Origin: Octopus vulgaris
Taxonomy: Eukaryota
DNA: 64,000 nucleotides
NCBI GenBank assembly: GCA_951406725.2
Contig: OX597843.1
Span: 18,724,001-18,788,000 of the forward strand
Reading direction: 5' to 3'
The notes under the pieces were generated by a model. It saw only the letters and a program-made list of their open reading frames with translations. It was not told the origin of the DNA and did no database searches. Every line of letters starts with the position of its first letter. Within the stretch, counting starts at the first letter, position 1. Positions 26,283 to 40,812 of this stretch are shown piece by piece. The translations under genes were made by a program, and so were the position numbers.

Positions 26283-28482
26283 ATATATGGGCTCTCAGAA
26301 CTGGAACCAGTTTTCGAAGCAAAGCGTGCAGCTCTGATGCAATACCAGAGTGATTCTTCTACAAAGTCACTCGAAAAACTCAGAAAGGCAAGAAATATAA
26401 CCCAACTGACAGCAAGATGCTGTGCAAATAGATATTGGCATAAAATCTGTCAGAGTATCCAGTCAGCTGATGACAGTGGCGATACCCGTGGGATGTATGG
26501 CGGTTTGAAGAAGGCCCTCGGTCCATCCGCAACCAAGTCAGCCCCTCTGAAATCAACTACTGGGGATCTCATCAAGGACCAAAGCAAGCAAATGGATACA
26601 TGGGTGGAGAACTACCAGGATCTCTACTCACGGAAGACCACGGTAGCTGAGGCTGCAATCGAGATTGTCAAGATCTTGCCAGTCATATGCGAACTTGACA
26701 GTCCGCCATATATAGCAGAGCTATAGACGCCCTAGAAAGGGTATTGACTTCTTAGCAAGTAACAAGTCTCCGGGAAAAGATGGCATCCCCTCAGAGATCA
26801 TCAAGGCCGGCAAAAACACTATTCTGCTTCGGCTACCTTCATGAGCTTCTGTGTCAGCGCTGGGAAGTGGGTACAGTCTCTCGGGATATGCGGGATGCTA
26901 ACATCATTACGCTTTACAAAAACAAAGGTGACCGTGGTTTATGTAACAATTACCGTGGAATATCTCATCTAAGCACTGTTGGAAAGTCCTTTGCTCGCGT
27001 TATCCTGTCCAGGCTACAACTGCTTGCTTCTCGAATTTATCCGAAATCGCAGTGTGGCTTTAGAAGAAGCAGATCAACTATTGACATGATATTCTCCATA
27101 CGCCAACTTCAGGAGAAGTCCAAAGAGCAGAAAATGCCATTATATATGGGCTTCATTGGTCTGACAGAAGCTTTTGACTTGGTAAATAGAAAAGGCCTCT
27201 TCATCCTGCTCTAAAAATCGGATGTCCACCAAAGCCGCTGAGGATCATCAAATCTTTCCATGATGATATGCAAGGCACCATACAATGGATCAATATCAGC
27301 CGCCTCCCAAATAAAAAACGGGGTAAAGCAAGGTTGTGTCCTTGCTCCTACATTATTTGGCATCTTCTTCTCGCTGCTGCTCTCACATGCCATTCAGGCA
27401 TCAGATGATGGAGTGTTTCTACAGAGTAGAAGTGACGGGAAACTGTTCAATCTCTCGCGCCTTCGTGGCAAGACCAAAATCAGAAACGTCCTGATGATGC
27501 CGCTCTGGTATCACACACAGAATCCCTACAAAGGCTCATCAACTGTTTTGAGCAAGCATGTAATGACTTTGGCTTAGTTATCAACCTCAAGAAGACCAAC
27601 ATCATGGGTCAGGCTACACCGGACATCCCAAACATACATATTGGAGACCACAGATTACAGGAGGTGGAGAAGTTTACCTATCTTGACTCTAGCGTCACCT
27701 ACAACTTACCCCTTGATGCTGAGCTCAATATACGCATTGGCAATGCGCTGTGATGGCCCAAATCTCGAAACGGGCATGGGACAACAATAAGCTGACCAAG
27801 AACACAAAAATGAAGATTTGCCAGGCAAGTGTACTTAGCACTCTACTGCATGGAAGTGAGACCTGGACGCCATACAAACGCCAAGAGCGTCGCCTAAATA
27901 TCTTTCACCTGCGCTGCCTCCAGAAAATCCTTCGTATCAAATGGCAGAATCATGTCCCCAACAAAGATGCCCTCAACCAAGTAGGAATACCAAGCATGTT
28001 TGCACTCCTCACACGTATGAGAGGGCTTGGACATGTTAGCCGTTTGAAGATGGCAGAATTCCCAAGGACATAACCTACTGAGAGCTTGCTAGGGGCACTA
28101 AGTCTGCGGGAAGACTATTCTTACGATACAAGGATGTTTACCAAAGGGACATGAAGGCCTACAACATCAATATTAGCAACTGGGAAGCAGTTGCCAGCAA
28201 CCGTGGAGATTGGCGACGTACCGTAAAAGAGGGAACACAAAGGAGTGATAAAGAGAGGAGAAATGGAAAGACAAGAAAAGACATCAAAAAGAAACTATGA
28301 CATTGCAACCAGCCAGGAAAAGTCTTCGCTACTTTAGCGGCACCTGCCAGAGGGAGTGTTTGTCCAGGATAGGACTACACAGCCACAGCAGGAGATGTAT
28401 TAGGATATGAAATGTAAAAGCCGGACTAGATTATTTTATGCGCAACTCCATTGTCTCTCGAGACAAAAAAGATGCCAACAAC
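26283..28482 (+). mobile_element. 5'-truncated RTE-clade LINE (RT pseudogene)
   Basis: KNKGDRGLCNNYRGISHLSTVGKSFARVIL, PKSQCGFRRSRSTIDMIF, GVKQGCVLAPTLF, damaged xDD motif (PDDAALV), STLLHGSETW, terminal C..SRIGLHSH..RC and a short (CAA)n tail. Frameshifts. Confidence 0.93.
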
Positions 28483-29141
28483 AATTATAATTATCAGTTT
28501 AACAAGTAAATAAGTTTACATTTTTAACGTCTTAAAGTTGATGAACCAACTATTGTTCTCCTCCATTTTCTTATTTGCTATATATATATATATATATATA
28601 TATACATACATACATACATATATATGTATGTATATATGAGGAGGCAAAACTATTGCACCTAAATTTGAAAAACTTGTAATTGTTTTTAAATAACCTTATT
28701 TACATACACACCAAACAACTTTCAACAATATTTTGGGTTTATCAATGGTAAACATTTAAAATAATGAACGAGAAAAAACATGTTTCAATGGTTACAAGTT
28801 TCAGTAATATGAAATATGATTTAAATATTCATAAAGTTCAATAATATAAAAGATGTGGAACATCTTGTTTAAAAGCATAAAATTCAAAAGATCGATAAGA
28901 TATGTGCTATTGTATGGCGATTTGGATTTGCTATTTCGAAACCCGCGTTGAAGACTGTTACTATATATATTTTTGAATTATGTCTGTTGTATCTCGGGTT
29001 TTTATTGTGGAAAAATTGTTTCTTTTTCCTTTTTCTGTTTAGTGTTTAAACAGAGGTGAATAAGCGAGAATGAATTAAACGATATTCCTTATTCCATAAC
29101 ACTGCCATTGTATATTGTTCAGATGATGTAATTAATATATA

Positions 29142-29462
29142 GCGCATGGTTCAGTGGTTAGAGCGTGGAGCTTACAATCGTGATGTTGTGAGTTCGAATC
29201 CCGGACCGAGCTGCGTGTTGTGTTCTTGAGCAAGACACGTTATTTCGCATTGCTCCAGTTCACTCGGCTGTAGAAATGAGTTGCAACATCACTGGTGCCA
29301 AGCTGTATCAGCCCCTTTGCCTTTCCCTTAGATAGAGAGGGGAGGCCGATATGCATGGGCGACTGCTGGTCTTCCATAAACAACCTTGCCCGGACTTGTG
29401 CCTGGGAGGATAACTTTCCAGGTTGAATCCCACGGTCAGTCATGACCGACGGGGGTCTCAGC
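29142..29462 (+). mobile_element. tRNA-derived SINE (second family)
   Basis: tggttcagtggttagagcg (A-box), agttcgaatccc (B-box), followed by ttgtgttcttgagcaagacac..tatttc and a non-tRNA body. Confidence 0.85.
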
Positions 29463-29699
29463 TCAATCCTTACCATCTATCGTAGGTGTAAAATATGTTT
29501 TTAGGTGAGTATTTCAATAAGTTCTACGTTAGATCATACTATCATTTCACAGACACATGTTCCACCTTTGAAGAATGGCAGAGATCACACAAGATATTAA
29601 CCATATCATCTCATCAATGGACTACGGGTGTGATGTATAGACACAATTGCAGGGATATGGAATAAAGAATGTCGTTGAAACCATTCGCTTATTCCTCAT

Positions 29700-29864
29700 C
29701 ATGTATGTATGTATGTATGTATGTATGCATGAATGTATGTATGTATGTATGTATGTATGTATGTATGTATGTGCGTATGTATGTATGTGTGTATGTATGT
29801 ATGAATGTATGTGTGTATATATGTATGTATGTATGTTTGCATGTATGTTATGCATGCATGCGTG

Positions 29865-29898
<34 letters not shown>

Positions 29899-30060
29899 TA
29901 TTTGCATGTATGTATATATGTATGTATATTTGCATGTATGTATGTATATTTGCATGTATGTATGTATATATGTATGTATATTTGCATGTATGTATGTATG
30001 TATGTATGTATGTATGTATGTATGCATGTATGTATGTATGTTTGCATGTATGTATCTATG
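29700..30060. repeat. Compound (TATG)n microsatellite
   Basis: Seen directly. It explains the overlapping VCMY/HTYI ORFs. Confidence 0.95.
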
Positions 30061-30304
30061 TACCAATCTGTCCTCTTTTACTTGTTTCAGTAAGTTGACT
30101 GCTTTGCAGCAGGAGAATCACCCTGAATCGAGCCCACTAACTCTTCTGTTAAACCCTGGTACTTACCCTGTCGGCCGCTTATGCGAAATCGCTAACTGAC
30201 GAGGAATTAAACGCACTAACATAGGTTGTGAAGAAGTAGTGAGTACAAACATAGAGACTAAGTCACATACACACTCGCACACATATGTATATTATATAAG
30301 TATA

Positions 30305-30680
30305 TATTCTCGGTAATATGTATTGGGCTCTTTTTCAGGGAGGACGTTCGGGGAAAATTTTTCACGACAACAATGCGACTATCACCTCACTCGTAAGTTT
30401 CTTGCCAAAACAACATGCTATCGCTTCTGCACCTACCCCATTCGCCAGATTTACCACCTGCTGACTTGCATCTGTTCCTCAAAATGAAAAATCAGCGCAG
30501 AGGTCGATATCAAGAGCGAATTTAACACTGTCGTCGAGATCAAGAAGTCCTCGAGTCGTCTATGGAAAACTAAGTCCAGGCCGGATTCCAAAAGTGTCAG
30601 AAAGGCTGGAGCAGTTGTATTATTGCTCAGGTAACGTAAGTTACTTTTATTAAACATTACTCGTTCAGGAATTTTATATA
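30305..30680 (+). mobile_element. Mariner 3' fragment, followed by a reverse SINE head to ~30800 (same junction as 38460-38960)
   Basis: cacgacaacaatgc, ccattcgccagatttaccacctgctgacttgcatctgttcctcaaaatgaaa (PYSPDLxPxDxxLFxKMK-like), TIR core actcgttcaggaa. Confidence 0.8.
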
Positions 30681-31120
30681 TACGACGGGTTTCCTTCAGT
30701 TACCCAATTAACCAACATAAACGGGTTTGTTCGGCTGGAGACCAAAGTACACGCATAAGGACTGAATACAGAAGCAAAATTCTCATCACACAGCTATGCC
30801 AACGCCTAAGCTTATGTACACACACACACCCACACCCACACACACACACAAACACACACACACACACGCAGGTACCCACACACACATACACACACTACAC
30901 ATACACATATGACGGAAATGGAAAATGGATTTTACGAGATTCGTTAATCATTACTGCCGGTTCAACCCGTCTTCAATCGGCCCCTCACGAATGAGATAAT
31001 GGTCGAGTGGCCGCGGTGCATCATTCTTTGCAGATGTTTCTCATCAGTTGACATTTGAAAAAGGACTCTGCTCAATAAACTCGGTTTCACTTGGTTCGAT
31101 TATAATGTATTTCGTTAGTT

Positions 31121-31480
<360 letters not shown>

Positions 31481-33161
31481 AGCGAAGAAGTTTCCTCGGA
31501 AAATTTCGTAAATAAAGTAATATCAAAAAACTTAAGCAACATACAATCTCTGTAAACTTGGAAGATTTTGAAAGGATCCTTGTGGGATGGTTGTGATATT
31601 ATTCCTACTGAGGTCTCTGAAACATAAAACACAGTTCAAAAGAAAGAGTATTAAAAAGATTTCTTATAAAATATTAAATCTCGTATCTTTAGAATAAAAA
31701 GAGAACGATGAAGGAGAAAATGGCGGAGATGATGTTGATGTTGATGATGATGAGGAGGATTGCGATGTTGATCGTAAATGTTGTAATAATGATAGTGAAA
31801 AGGAAAATGATGATGATTATTATCGAAAACGATGACAAACAGCAACAGGGGGAAGAGATACAGAGACGGCGGAAGGCGATTGGCTTACATTTAAAAGCAG
31901 TTTATAACAATTACGACATCAAATACAATGTGATACATAGCAGAGATACATTAAAGAAAATAACATGCAAGAAAACAACAAAATCAAAGCATTTGAACAG
32001 TTCACGTCGAATCAAAACAAATAATGTTCACGATACAACACAGTCCGGAGACAACAGTCCAAATCAGTTCAATGTTCTACATTAAAGTCTTTCTCTTTCT
32101 TTCTTTCTTTCTTTTCAACAACTCTTTTCACAATGTCTTTACAATCTCATTTATTTTACATTTCACATCAGTTTACAATGTTCCTTATAATCTCAATTCT
32201 TTTCTTCCTCTTTTCCTTCTTCCTTTTTTTTTCACATCAATTCTTTTTTTAGTTCAACATTTCTTTTCTTTTCTTTAACACATCAAAGTCAACAACAAAA
32301 ACAAACATAAACATTACCGAATGTTTTCGAGTCTGCAACTCCTTCCACAATAGCCAATGCCTTCTATGCCGTAACCTCCCTTTCGCTCTCATGTTCCCAA
32401 TGCTATCTATCTCTATTTCTTAACGATGTATTTGCCTCTCGCCATCGCCACCTTCTTGGCTGACCGTCCGTATCACTACTGTCTTTGGCCAAAACTGCCC
32501 CGTTGCCAACTGCCGACTCACTAACAAGCTAACACCGCGTAGCATTTTAAAGGGTGGTTTCTTAAACTTTCCCTGACCGGAACAGGGTCGAAGGTCTCTT
32601 CCAAAGTCGTTACTCTTTCCAGAAAATGGCAGAACAAAGGTTTTACCAGTCTGCTTGATGCCAAATCACAAAACCAGGACTCGAGCACTCTGTTTCCGAA
32701 TGACCTCCATATCAATGTGATTAGCAGGACTATGAATATGATAGCGCGGAAGATGATACTGATGATGATGATGATGATGATGATGAAGATGATACTAATG
32801 ATGATGATGATGACGATTATTACGATGATGATGATGAAAGATGTGATGAAAAATTAGAAATTGATAAGAATAACGAGAAAGGTGAAGGAAAATAAATCAT
32901 AGAACGGATAAATATAGAGAAGTAGAAAAAGAAGAAGCGAAAATGATTCATGAAGAGAGGAGAAAGCAGTTGATTAAAAGCAGAAGAACCAGAATATGAT
33001 GAACATGGTGAATGTAGAGAAAAATTGTGATGAAGATAAATGCAGGAAAACAAGATATATTAAGACAAGAAAAATACGTGGAATATCAGAATGGGGAAAC
33101 AAGTGGGAACAAAAGAATATAAATACAAATACTGTAGTCACACATCAAACAAACACAAACA

Positions 33162-33228
<67 letters not shown>

Positions 33229-33569
33229 ACATACATATATCCACATATATATACCTTATCAAACTCTGATGTATAAACGCACACACTCAACTCCAGGCCA
33301 CACATATATTCCCACTTTCTTACACACAGGCAAACATAAATTGTAAGACAATATGAATTGTAGAAGAATGAGAGTAAATAAACAAGATAAGAGAGATATT
33401 TAGTTTGTGGAAATGACATTGGATGACATATCGTGATCTTATTATGAAGAAGATGACTAACATAAGAGAAAGTCTCCCGCCCCTAAGCCCTAGACCATCA
33501 CCTAACTACCCTTATCCGTCTTGTTGCTTCACAACAACAACAACAACAGCAGCAGCAGAATGCGTTGTA

Positions 33570-35420
33570 GCTTTTGGAAGCCCAAACTGAGCTAAAATTG
33601 ATAATTAAAGCTGACAGGCGACCTGCTGGTGAGCACCTGAGACGTTTCAATGCTCCAACCACCCACAAGGTTGCAGCAATAATAGTCGGCGAAGAAAATG
33701 GCAAGCGTGATATTGTCTTCCAGCACCGCGATAGCCGACTGTCCTTTGTTTCGGAAACCCATCGGTCATACGACTGCCTGCAGTACCCCCTACTGTTTCC
33801 CCTTTGGAGAGGATGGCTACAGCGTTCACCAATGCCATGTTGATCCAATCACGCGTGCTGAATTAACCAAGGCTGTTTCCTACAAGGAATTCTATGCCTT
33901 CCGTCTTATGGTCAGAGAAGAAAAGTTCGAAAAACTACTACGGTACAAGGAAGTCACAAATCAATTCTTGGTTGACATGTTTGCCAAGGTTGAAGGGGAA
34001 AGGTTTCTTTATAGTCGTCAAAATCAAGAAACATTGGATTCGACTTCAATAACGTCATCTACAACACGGCCCTCCTCGATTTGCAATCAGGACTGCAAGT
34101 TATGGGAGTAGTTGGCGTATCAGATTTCATTCTGCCGTCTCCGCGGGACATTCCAAATGCTTTAGCAGCTGAGTACATGCGAGAGTTGAGCTACAACACG
34201 CAGGAAACGGTGGTGCAGGTTGCTCAGGATGAGCCTAGACTTTTGGAAGAACAGAGAATTGAATACAACAGAATCCTCGCAAGTATTAATTCCAACGAAA
34301 GACAACTTTTTTTCTTGGATGCTCCCGGCAGAACCGGAAAAACTTGGGGAATCTTCTCACTGAGTGCAGCCTTATCATCTGGGATGAGGCAGCCATGTGT
34401 CATAAGGCAGCATTTGAGGCGCTCGAGCGGTCTCTTCAAGACCTGAGACGCAATATGAGAGTGATGGGCGGAGTAATTGTACTGCTTGCTGGCAACTTCC
34501 GACAAACTCTACCTGTCATTCCACGGGGGACAAGAGCTGACGAGGTAAATGCTTCCATAAAATCATCCTAGTTATGGCACCACAGCGAGAAACTTCACCT
34601 GACTACGAACATGAGAGTTCACGTGTTTGGCAACGAAAATGCGGCCACATTCTCGGTGCAGCTTCTCGATGTTAGTAATGGAACTGTAGCTGGCGATACT
34701 GATGGTTTCATCCATTTACCATTTGGTAACTTCGTGCCTAACGTAGATGATCTGATTTCTGCAGTTTTTCCTGACATTGCAAGCCAAAGCCTTCACACAA
34801 CTTGCCTACAAGGAATAGCAATTTTGGTGCCTCACAATAAAACAGTCGACGCTATCAATAATAAACTTTTTGATCTGCTTTCTGGAGAAAAACTCTCCTT
34901 CAAGTCCATTGAGACGCATGAAAACCCGGATGATATGACCATTTTCACAACGGAATTTCTTAATTCCCAAACGCCCACAGGACTTCCGCCTCACGAACTC
35001 CATCTCAATGATGGCGCCCCCATCATGCTGCTGCGGAATCTTGATGCTCCAATAATGTGTAAAGGCACGCGGATGATAATAAAAAAAATATATACTCCCG
35101 AGTTCTGCAGGCAACCATCTTGAATGGACCAGCCACTGGTCAAGATGTTCTAATAACCCCAATGTCCCTCACTCCCTCCGATACGATCTACAAGTTTAAG
35201 CGGCTTCAATTTCCTATCAAACTCTCCTTTGCATTGAAAATATATAAGGTACAGGGTCAATCATTGCAAATGGTTTGTTTAAATTTCACAGAGCAAGTAT
35301 TCTCACACGGTCAACTGTTCGTTGGATGCTCCCATGTTGGCAGCACACAAAGTCTAGACATTTCTGCATCAGAAGGGAAAACGATAAATGTTGCCTAGAA
35401 AGAAGCACTCCACTGAAACT
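33570..35420 (+). pseudogene. Helitron C RepHel pseudogene, Rep catalytic core deleted
   Basis: GEHLRRFNAPT..HRSYDCLQYPLLFP..GEDGY and QFLVDMFAKVEGERF, then a direct jump to helicase FFLDAPGRTGKT, IIWDEAAM, GNFRQTLPVIPRGTRADE, LPPHELHL..GAPIMLLRNL, RLQFPIKLSFA, FSHGQLFVGCS. Confidence 0.92.
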
Positions 35421-35564
35421 AGTTCGTTACAAAACCTCGCTAAGTATTTATTTATATTTAAGATCTTTAAATTCTAAATTTTAATATTTTATAAGTCTTT
35501 GGTATAATAATATTTTCCTTATGTAAATATCGTTGTTTATGTAATGATCTAATTATCGTAATTT

Positions 35565-35706
35565 AGGTCGACTTTGCCTTTCATCCTTTCGTGGTCGATA
35601 AATTAAGTACCAGTTACGCACTGGGGTCGATATAATCGACTTAATCCGTTTGTCTGTCCTTGTTAGTCCCCTCTGTGTTTAGCCCCTTGTGGGTAGTAAA
35701 GAAATA
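35565..35706 (+). mobile_element. SINE 3' body fragment
   Basis: gtcgactttgcctttcatcctttcgtggtcgataaattaagtaccag...ggggtcgat. The tail motif is shared with other SINEs in the window. Confidence 0.7.
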
Positions 35707-36497
35707 TATATTATTAGATATTAAATTTAAGTTTATGCGTAAGATATTAGCGATAGATTTGTTGTTTGATAGCAAGTATACGAGGTGTCTAAAGTTAGGC
35801 TTTTGTATATACATGTATTAATAGTATTAATTGTAGTTTTTAATTTCTTATAATGAAAATTAGATAAACTTTGATAAACTTAGATATGTTTCGACTAAAG
35901 ATTGGTCCTGGCCATGTCTAACTTAATAGCATAACTTAGTTATTGTCTTTTTAAATTGACATTCGCTAGTTATTCCCATTGATAATTATATTTATAGTAT
36001 TTATAGTATTTATTCGATACTATATAACTACGAATTGATTATTTCTATAAGTATTTTTAATACGATTTCCGAAAGTTCGTTTAAGTTTGTTTGTTTGTAT
36101 TTTTGAAATTAGCTATTTCATCTTTAAATATGAAAAATTAATTTATTAGGTCTTTATTATATGTGCATATATATTTATTTATAGAGATATTTTAGATCTT
36201 AATTATAATATTTATATACATTTCATATTTTCATTGATAATTTATATATAATAGTCATTTTTTTTAATATTTATGTAATTAGATATAGACTATTACCGAT
36301 ATTAGATTATTGGTGGGTTTCTTACCTTATAAATTAAAACTAATATTTAACATTGTAATCGATTTTGCAATAATCATAATTATTAAGTTTTAAGTTTCTA
36401 GTTTGGTAATAGAGTTTATTATAAGTAAAATTATTGTATTATTTATATCTTAAAAATATTGTTTAAATATTTCTGATTATTTTTTAAATATTTCAAT

Positions 36498-36588
36498 TAA
36501 CCTGAAGATTGACAGTAACCATAACTTATTAATTGAATTTAAATTATTGTTATTCGAATTGGTACAGCCATGAAACGATCGTAGTGTT
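36498..36588 (+). ncRNA. Type I hammerhead ribozyme motif (degenerate, Penelope pLTR type)
   Basis: aac-CTGAAGA-ttgacagtaacc...ggtacagcca-t-GAAAC-gatc-GTA-gtgtt. Stem I is weak. Confidence 0.55.
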
Positions 36589-36973
36589 TTACTCTTTATC
36601 TTTTATTAAACTTTTAATACTTTTGATATTTAAAATAAAAAATAATACATAAATTAATTAATTAATTAATTAATAAAATAATATATAAATATAAAAATAT
36701 ACATACATACATATATATATATATTTGTATATATATATAAAATTTATAAGTTTAAATTATTTAAATAATTTTTTATTTTTTATTTGTAACTTTTATATTT
36801 TAAAATTAATTTTATGCATTGGCTTATGTTTTCCACTGTTTGATTTGCCTAATAGTGGTTTTATCTCTAATTTAATATAATATAATATAATATATTTATA
36901 CTATAAAATTGGATTTAATCCTAAATCTAATTTTTCTCTGTAAGTTTGGATTTATTCCCTAAAATTATTATTA

Positions 36974-37042
<69 letters not shown>

Positions 37043-37044
<2 letters not shown>

Positions 37045-37136
37045 GGTAAATACATGGGTCAAAAAATCGGATTCATTATGAAAGAATTCATCAATATACC
37101 AAATTTCAAAATCTGTGAGAGAAACAAAGAAGATTT

Positions 37137-37191
<55 letters not shown>

Positions 37192-37492
37192 CTTTCATTT
37201 TCTCAACGCAAAATGTTCCACTCAGTGTGTGTGTATGCATGTGTGTAAGGAATTTCATTAAGGCGACACGGTAATGTAAAAACTGTATGCAATATAATAG
37301 ATGTTAATAGCATACATTTCCGTCACTAAATATGATGTTTCTTACACACACACACACATACACACACACTCTCATACACACAGAAGAAAGCACTACGAAC
37401 GAACGCACGCACATGCACACACACATATATGTACATAACTATAGGTATGTGTTTATGTGTAATTTGATGTGTATAATGTCTTAATACATACA

Positions 37493-37526
<34 letters not shown>

Positions 37527-38000
37527 ATATATTTAGCCACTGTAAAGTGATCATGGGCAATATTTTTTGCTTCTTATACTACTTCCTTCATGAACAGAGA
37601 TTTTCTAACATATTAGTGTCCTAGTCACACAATCAATGACACTATTTTCTATATATTGCTATCGAAGTAAACACTTGACATGCCTGGCAACGACTACCCA
37701 CCTCCAAGGAGATCAAATACAGATCGAAACCAGTGGGGTAGAGTCTTGGAGCTAGGGAAGCAGGTGTTATCTCCCGATTGCACTAAATATCGAGTGAATA
37801 TCGAAGCGAACTGAATAAATCAACTGATGTGTTACTGTGGTTAAATGGCAGTATTGTCGCCTCGTAGACGACAGATAAATAGAAAGAGAGAGAGACATAA
37901 TATAGATATAGATATATATTTACATATATATATATAAATACACAAATACAAGCAGATATATGTATATGAGATACATGTATGCATGTATGAATATTTATTA

Positions 38001-38053
<53 letters not shown>

Positions 38054-38970
38054 TGTTCGAGGTCGTTCCAAAATTTCCCGAACGAGTTCTATAGCGCGCA
38101 AACAGATGGCTGCATACGATTGTATGCGCGGTGATAGCTAGCAGTGACCTTAATGAGGCAGCCTGCTGAGTGACATCGCTCTATATATTTCGAAAGATGT
38201 GGCATTTGAACTTTGGTGATATTGTAATCTGCGATTTTTGTCATGAACAGGAAATTGGAAGAAATGAAGAAAGTGTAATTTTGCGTTAAAATTGGGAAGT
38301 CTGCTACAGAGAGATTGAGCATGCTTTGGCAAACTTATGGCGGTGAGATAGTGGGTCGTACGTAATGTTTCGAGTGTACGGGCGCACGAAAATACTACAG
38401 CTTAATCAAGAGCATGTTCATAATTTTTTTCCGATATCCTCGGTATTGTGCAATGGGATTTTTCAGGGCGGACGTTCGGGGAAAATGACCAGATCTGTGA
38501 TTCGCGAAGTATTGAATTTTTCACGACAACAATGCACCTATCACCTCACTCGTAAGTTTCTTGCCAAAACAACATGCTATCACTTCTGCACCTGCCCTAT
38601 TCAACAGATTTACCACCTGCTGACTTGCATCTGTTCTTCAAAATGAAAAATCAGCTCAGACGTTGAGATCAGGAGCAAATTTAACACTGTCGTCGAGATC
38701 AAGAAGTCCTCGACTCGCCTATGGAAAACTACGTCCAGGCCGGATTCCAAAAGTGTCAGAAAAGCTGGGGCAGTTGTATTATTGCTCAGGTAATATAAGT
38801 TACTTTTATTAAACATTACTCGTTCAGGAACGTTATATATACGACGGATTTCCTTCAGTTACCCAATTAACCAACATAAAGGGGTTTGTTCGGGTGGAGA
38901 CCAGAGTACACCCAGAAGGACTGAATACAGAAGCAGAATTCTTATCACACAGCTGTGCCATCACCTAAGC
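37043..38970 (-). repeat. Inverted duplicate of 2383-4170
   Basis: For example, 3341-3660 (gaggcgacaatactgccatttaaccacagtaacacatcag...) is the reverse complement of ~37540-37865. Microsatellite positions are conserved. Confidence 0.9.
38055..38835 (+). mobile_element. Internally deleted mariner element
   Basis: MNRKLEE..*FCVKIGKSATERLSMLWQTYGGEIVGRT*CFE (mariner N-terminus) and LPYSTDLPPADLHLFFKMK. Inverted termini ttcccgaacgagt / actcgttcaggaa. Confidence 0.85.
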
Positions 38971-40019
38971 GTATGAAACACACACACACACACACACGCA
39001 CACACACACACACGCAGGTACCCCACACACACATACACACACTACACACACACGGAAATGGAAAATGGATATTATGAGATTCATTAATCATTACTGCCGT
39101 TTCAACCCGTCTTCAATCGGCCCCTCACGGATGTAATTGTAGAGTTTAAAATAACTGATGTTATTGAACCAGTATCTCAAAAGAGTGAGGATGAATATAT
39201 TTCTATACGTTCTTTTCTTGAAGTGAGTATAACTCTGCATAAATATATATTTCATAATATACCCACCTATAGACACAAATGCAAACATAGATATTCGCGT
39301 GCAATCGTACACTCATACACAAAATGTTAGACATTTATGCAGACACATAGAGACACAAACACTCATAGACACCTTCATACACACTCTAACATGAAATTAG
39401 TAGCAGAACATTAGTTAGAGATAGAAAGAGAAAAAGGAAGATGAGAAGACATCAGGTTCCTATAAAAAAATTCATAAATAAAATTTCAAAAAACTTAACC
39501 AACTTACAAGTAGATTAACCTTGGAAGATTTTGAATGCATCCTTGTGGGATGGTTGTGATCTTATTCCTACTGAGATATCTGAAAAATAAAACACAATTC
39601 AAAAGAAAGAGTATTAAAGAGTATTAAAAAGATTTCTTATAAAACATTAAATCTTGTATGTTTAGAATCATATTAATAAAAAGTGGACGATGAAGGAGAA
39701 AATCGCCGAGATAATGTTGATGATGATGATGATGAGTGTTGCGATGTTGATTGTAAATGTTGTAATAATGACGGTGAGAAGGAAGAGGGCGATAATGATG
39801 ATGATTATTATCGAAAACGATGACAAACGCTACTGATTAGTTGGTGATGACGACGTTGATTATTATGATGTTCATAACAAAGGTGATGATGATTCTGCAT
39901 GCTAGAAATAGCAGAGTAAATGGTGGAAGGAAATAGTTTTGATGACATGATAAATTATAACGATTAGTGAATACGAAAATATGATTAGTAGAAGGACTAT
40001 GGATATGATAGCACGGAAG

Positions 40020-40026
40020 ATGATAC

Positions 40027-40070
<44 letters not shown>

Positions 40071-40097
40071 GTGATAATGATGGTGATGATGATGATT

Positions 40098-40150
<53 letters not shown>

Positions 40151-40151
40151 A

Positions 40152-40198
<47 letters not shown>

Positions 40199-40812
40199 AG
40201 ATATGATGAAAGATTAGAAACTAATAAGAATAACGAAGGCGAAGGAAAATAAATCATAGAACGTATAGATATAGAGAAGAAGAAGAAGAAGAAGAAGAAG
40301 AAGAAGAAAAAGAAGAAGAAGAAGAAGAAGAAGAACAAGAACAACAACAACAACAACAACAAGAACAAGAAGAAAAAGAAGAACAAGAAGAAGAACAAGA
40401 ACAAGAAGAACAAGAAGAACAAGTAGAACAAGAAGAAGAAGAAGAAGAAGAAGAAGAAGAACAAGAAGAAGAAGAAGAAGAAGAAGAAGAAGAAGAACAA
40501 GAAGAAGAAGAACAAGAAGAACAAGAAGAAGAAGAAGAAGAAGAAGAACAAGAAGAAGAAGAAGAACAAGAAGAAGAAGAAGAAGAAGAAGAAGAAGAAG
40601 AAGAAGAAGAACAACAACAAGAACAAGAAGAAGAAGAACAAGAACAAGAAGAAGAAGAACAAGAAGAAGAAGAACAAGAAGAACAAGAAGAAGAAGAAGA
40701 AGAAGAAGAAGAAGAAGAAGAAGAAGAAGAACAAGAAGAAGAAGAAGAAGAAGAAGAAGAAGAAGAAGAAGAAGAAGAAGAAGAAGAAGAAGAAGAAGAA
40801 GAAGAAGAAGAA
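40020..40812. repeat. (GAT)n tract (~40020-40200) and ~540-bp (GAA/CAA)n tract (40275-40812)
   Basis: Seen directly. It explains the poly-M and poly-F ORFs. Confidence 0.95.

Noticed and set aside
29142-29215. tRNA gene
   Set aside because: A and B boxes are present, but it runs into a SINE body without a proper acceptor stem, so it is a SINE head. The same applies to 23672.
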